Positions 45,673-49,330 of a stretch of 49,330 nucleotides of DNA are shown here, in pieces (within the stretch, counting starts at the first letter, position 1; each line of letters opens with the position of its first letter). The DNA is taken from contig CAZQER010000001.1 in the NCBI GenBank assembly GCA_964592095.1, forward strand, positions 1-49,330, in the 5' to 3' direction. The DNA comes from an uncultured archaeon (lineage in GTDB: Archaea; Altiarchaeota; Altiarchaeia; IMC4; QMZM01). The notes beneath the pieces were generated by a model. The model saw nothing but the letters and a program-made list of their open reading frames with translations. It was not told the DNA's origin and did no database searches. The translations under genes were made by a program, and so were the position numbers.

Positions 45673-47439
45673 ATGGATATAAGTATAAGAAGACTAAAGA
45701 AGTTGGGATTTATGGATAGATGCATAGGGGATGAGGATAAATTGAGGAGATACAGGAAAGAAGAGAACATAATACCGGCATACAAGATGGTGGACACCTG
45801 CGCCGCAGAATTTGAGGCAAAGACACCATATTATTACTCATCATATGAAACAGAGAATGAGTCAATAGCATCTGATAAAAAAAAGGTGATTATTCTTGGC
45901 TCAGGTCCAATAAGAATTGGGCAGGGAATTGAGTTTGATTGCTGTACTGTTCATGCAATTTTTGCACTTAGGGAAATTGGTATTGAGACCATAGTAATTA
46001 ACAATAACCCAGAAACGGTTTCTACAGATTTTGATATATCAGATAAGTTATATTTTGAACCAATAACATTAGAGGATGTGCTGAATGTTGTTGAGAATGA
46101 ATCCAAAAATCTTCTAGGTGTAATGGTTCAATTTGGTGGTCAAACCTCAATTAATCTAACTGAAGAACTTGCCAGAAACGGTGTAAAAATTCTTGGAACA
46201 TCACCAGAGGATATAGATAGAGCTGAGAACAGAGATTCCTTTGGTAAGGTTTTAAATAAACTGGGAATTCCATCTGCAGAGTGGGGAACGGGATATAGTT
46301 TTAAAGAAGCAAAGGAGATAGCAGGAAAAATTGGATACCCAGTACTCGTGAGACCAAGTTATGTACTTGGTGGAAGGGCAATGGAGATAGTGCAAGATGA
46401 GGTTGGATTAGAAGAATATATGAAGGAGGCGGTGAGAGTATCACCAAAACATCCAATACTCATAGATAAATTCCTACAAGATGCTATTGAAATAGATGTA
46501 GATGCGGTATGTGATGGAAAAACGGTACTTATTGGAGGGATAATGGAGCATATAGAAGAGGCGGGAGTTCATTCAGGTGATTCTGCATGTGTTCTGCCAC
46601 CACAAACACTAAGCAAAGAGATTATAGATGTGATTGAGGATTATACAAAAAAACTTGCCCTTGAATTGAGAATCAAGGGTTTGATAAATATACAATATGC
46701 AATAAAGGATGATATTGTTTATACATTAGAGGCAAATCCGAGAGCCTCTAGAACAGTGCCATTTGTTAGTAAGGCTGTTGGTATATCATTAGCAAAGATT
46801 GCAGCAAAGGTGATGGTAGGGTATAAATTAAATGATTTGATTGATGATCTTAATCCAATGGAAAATATAAGGCATGTGGCTGTGAAGGAGGTTGTATTTC
46901 CCTTTATAAAACTACCTGATGTTGACCCAGTATTAACCCCTGAAATGAAATCTACGGGGGAGGTAATAGGCATGGATATGGATTTTGCAATGGCTTATTA
47001 TAAGGCACAGATTGCAGCGGGAAATGAACTCCCTCTTCAAGGAACAATATTTATAAGTGTGAACAAGTATGACAGAAAGAGAATTGTTCCAATAGCAAAA
47101 AAATTTCTGCAATTAGGTTTTGATATCATAGCCACTCCGGGAACATCAAGGGATTTAAGAAATGCTGGAATTGAAAACAGAGGGATATTGAAGATTAGTG
47201 AGGGTTCCCCAAATATATTGGATTTGATGAAATCCAGGGATGTTAATCTAATAATAAATACCCCAACGGTTGGAAAGAATCCAATGAGAGATGGATACAA
47301 GATAAGAAGTAGTGCAGTAAAATTGAATATACCTTATATAACAACCATTGCAGGTGCGCATGCAGCGGTAAACGCAATAGAAAAGGTCAGGAAAAGGGAA
47401 ATAAAGGTAAAATCATGGAACGAGTTCTTCAGTTCTTAG
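45673..47439 (+). CDS. carB: carbamoyl-phosphate synthase large subunit, C-terminal half (second ATP-grasp plus MGS-like domain)
   Basis: It begins within the oligomerisation-domain end (AYKMVDTCAAEFEAKTPYYYSSYE), followed by KKVIILGSGPIRIGQGIEFDCC, LVRPSYVLGGRAM and the MGS-like tail. No N-terminal half lies upstream. Confidence 0.9.
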   Translation: MDISIRRLKKLGFMDRCIGDEDKLRRYRKEENIIPAYKMVDTCAAEFEAKTPYYYSSYETENESIASDKKKVIILGSGPIRIGQGIEFDCCTVHAIFALREIGIETIVINNNPETVSTDFDISDKLYFEPITLEDVLNVVENESKNLLGVMVQFGGQTSINLTEELARNGVKILGTSPEDIDRAENRDSFGKVLNKLGIPSAEWGTGYSFKEAKEIAGKIGYPVLVRPSYVLGGRAMEIVQDEVGLEEYMKEAVRVSPKHPILIDKFLQDAIEIDVDAVCDGKTVLIGGIMEHIEEAGVHSGDSACVLPPQTLSKEIIDVIEDYTKKLALELRIKGLINIQYAIKDDIVYTLEANPRASRTVPFVSKAVGISLAKIAAKVMVGYKLNDLIDDLNPMENIRHVAVKEVVFPFIKLPDVDPVLTPEMKSTGEVIGMDMDFAMAYYKAQIAAGNELPLQGTIFISVNKYDRKRIVPIAKKFLQLGFDIIATPGTSRDLRNAGIENRGILKISEGSPNILDLMKSRDVNLIINTPTVGKNPMRDGYKIRSSAVKLNIPYITTIAGAHAAVNAIEKVRKREIKVKSWNEFFSS

Positions 47440-47460
47440 AGTTAGAATTCTCATACAATC

Positions 47461-47844
47461 TTAAAGTCTCAGGATTCTTATGGCAAGATAAGCAGCATTC
47501 TCACCATTATCTATTCCCACACATGCAACCGGGACACCTCTTGGCATCTGTACCATGGATAGCAAGGAATCCAAACCACCAAGTTTTGAAGAAACTGGAA
47601 CACCTATAACCGGTCTATTGGTTATAGATGCAACAAAACCGGGAAGTGCTGCAGAGAGACCTGCAATACATATAAATACCCTTGCGTCAGAATTCTTTAC
47701 TATCCTCCTTAATCTATCTGGTTCCCTATGAGCGGAACAATATTCCACAGAATAATCTATTTCATTACTTTTAAGTATCTTTTCTGCTCTCTTTACAACA
47801 TCTGAGTCGGATTTACTCCCAGAGATTATGAGAATATCCGCCAT
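47461..47844 (-). CDS. purE: PurE (AIR carboxylase / N5-CAIR mutase family), short form
   Basis: [32 protein letters not shown] and [10 protein letters not shown]. It ends right after [10 protein letters not shown], about 30 aa shorter than E. coli PurE. Confidence 0.85.
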   Translation of the reverse strand: MADILIISGSKSDSDVVKRAEKILKSNEIDYSVEYCSAHREPDRLRRIVKNSDARVFICIAGLSAALPGFVASITNRPVIGVPVSSKLGGLDSLLSMVQMPRGVPVACVGIDNGENAAYLAIRILRL

Positions 47845-47901
47845 GTTAATTTAATATAATTTTTAGTATAATTTTTACATTACAAAATAAAAATAGGAAA
47901 A

Positions 47902-49077
47902 TCAGAATGTTTTAATCTTACCTTCAACACACATATCTGTAATTCTTGTTACATTCTCAAGCCACCAATCGGTTATTCTATACGCTTCTCTCTCAATCTT
48001 TCTATCTTTATCTCCTATTATATTCACAGAAGCAACCATTGGTTGGTCTATTGGCTTACCTATTTGGCTCATTATTCTTACATGAACCTCATCCGAACAT
48101 ATTTCTGCTATATCCCCTGCTATTTCATTCGTTAGTAGATTGTAGATTTTACCAACATGATTTACAGGATTTTTTCCAGATGTTGCTTCCAATGATACTG
48201 GTCTATAGGGAGTTATTAGTCCATTGGCTCTATTTCCTCTCCCCACCGAACCATCATCACCCTGCTCTGCACTTAATCCAGTATATGTTAAATATACTGA
48301 ACCTGCTTTGTAATCGTCTGCAGTATTTATACATATATTAACATCTTTGCCGGCCACCTTTGAAGTAAATTTTTTTATTTTATCGTGCATCTTTTCTATC
48401 ACTTCCTTATATTCATTAATATCATTAACATATCTTGAGATTATAGCGGCTGCAATTGTTAATGTAATCTCTTCTCTGTTTCTAATACCCATAACCTTCA
48501 CATCCTTTCCAATCTCTCTCATACCCAAGATGTTATTTATATATCTTTCGGTCTCCAAAACAAGCCTTTCTGTTAGTGATAATGGTGCAAATCCAACACC
48601 GAACGATGTATCATTTGATTTTGGAATTCCTTTCTCATCAAAGATATGTCTCAAATCTGCAGAACCCTCTCCGATCCTCTGATCAATCTCTGCAAATTCA
48701 TCGATTTCAATGCCCTCAAGTATCTCTTTCAAGTAATTCCTTGCAGAATTTATAGCAATTTCAGCCACTGGAATTCTATCATTACCAACCCTCATGGTTG
48801 CTCTTCCACCAAGCAGGATGTATACTGGTCTCACCATCTCCCCGCCGCCAAAAACGGGATTTGCCTCCCCACCTACCAACTCAACCTGATCTGTATTATG
48901 ATGCAGAATTCTACCGTACCTCTCAATATACACCCTTGAAAGAGTCCTTGAAATAGACTCGGCAATTCCATCACAGAGAGAATCAGGATGTCCCACGCCC
49001 TTTCTTTCAACAAGTTCTATCGGTTGTTTCTCTATGTTCTCAATTCTTGCAAAATTAATTACTATGTTTCTTGCCAT
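47902..49077 (-). CDS. mat: archaeal-type S-adenosylmethionine synthetase
   Basis: [21 protein letters not shown], and overall length and pattern of the MJ1208-type MAT. Confidence 0.93.
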   Translation of the reverse strand: MARNIVINFARIENIEKQPIELVERKGVGHPDSLCDGIAESISRTLSRVYIERYGRILHHNTDQVELVGGEANPVFGGGEMVRPVYILLGGRATMRVGNDRIPVAEIAINSARNYLKEILEGIEIDEFAEIDQRIGEGSADLRHIFDEKGIPKSNDTSFGVGFAPLSLTERLVLETERYINNILGMREIGKDVKVMGIRNREEITLTIAAAIISRYVNDINEYKEVIEKMHDKIKKFTSKVAGKDVNICINTADDYKAGSVYLTYTGLSAEQGDDGSVGRGNRANGLITPYRPVSLEATSGKNPVNHVGKIYNLLTNEIAGDIAEICSDEVHVRIMSQIGKPIDQPMVASVNIIGDKDRKIEREAYRITDWWLENVTRITDMCVEGKIKTF

Positions 49078-49330
49078 TTTGCTTTGTCAAATACTCAACT
49101 CAAACAATAAATTATTTGGGATTTACAGCCTAAATATAGAATAGAACCTCTCTCACCTCCAACATCATACATTCAACAGATTGCCTTCACAGTTTCACCA
49201 ATTCATTATATACTGTTTAATTCTATTAAATCCCATTATTTTAAAATTCCTTGAGAATTTCCGAATCTATTTCGGATATGAACGAGTTAAGTGAAATATT
49301 GCCTGATGAAATAAAAAACTAAAAAAGCAA

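Noticed and set aside
49078-49330. 250-nt untranslated region upstream of the SAM synthetase gene, considered as a SAM-responsive riboswitch or sRNA
   Set aside because: I found only a short hairpin (TCCGAA-n4/5-TTCGGA, about 49261-49277) and no recognisable riboswitch core. The region also runs off the window edge.
1-49330. Search for CRISPR arrays, IS elements, integrases, tRNA and rRNA genes
   Set aside because: I saw no regularly spaced repeats of 24 nt or longer, no transposase- or integrase-like ORFs, and no GC-rich structured islands of tRNA or rRNA size. The only repeats are short tandem duplications and intragenic repeats. A covariance-model scan is still needed to exclude small RNAs.

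Overview
An AT-rich, about 90% coding, archaeal chromosomal segment. Archaeal markers include archaeal-type SAM synthetase, archaeal TyrRS, RtcB, Bud32, Taw3, RaSEA-type radical SAM, MptE, a DGGGP-synthase-like UbiA, GGR, a presenilin homologue and an A24 prepilin/preflagellin peptidase. I support about 55 protein genes. Most are housekeeping: tRNA/RNA processing, folate/pterin C1 metabolism, amino-acid and nucleotide biosynthesis, and ether-lipid steps. An inositol-1-phosphate synthase plus a fused IPCT/DIPPS gene (di-myo-inositol-phosphate pathway) suggests a (hyper)thermophile. By eye I found no rRNA, tRNA, CRISPR array, transposase, integrase or recognisable defence island, but I cannot exclude small C/D-box or other sRNAs without a scan. 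Several convergent gene pairs overlap at their 3' ends, and Shine-Dalgarno-like GGAGGT/GAGGTGA motifs precede several starts. The ORF track shows TTG and GTG starts as M, so I moved several starts to downstream ATGs. Candidates most worth a second look: (1) 31334-32632, a single ORF joining a RaSEA-type radical-SAM domain to a domain with the exact ArcS PC-x3-KPY-x2-S-x2-H signature; (2) 29116-31320, a 734-aa protein with about 560 aa of internally duplicated E/K/R coiled coil capped at both ends by winged-helix-like domains; (3) a family of lipobox/Thr-Ser-linker/Cys-pair-repeat surface proteins flanking folD-glyA; (4) the ino1-IPCT/DIPPS-glycosyltransferase cluster with a structured upstream element; (5) a compact COG1900-CBS / NIL-ferredoxin / COG2122 sulfur-incorporation module with a divergent HTH-CBS regulator and an adjacent CoADR/Nox-type reductase. 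Nothing here is an unambiguous new multi-gene system, and the interest scores reflect that.
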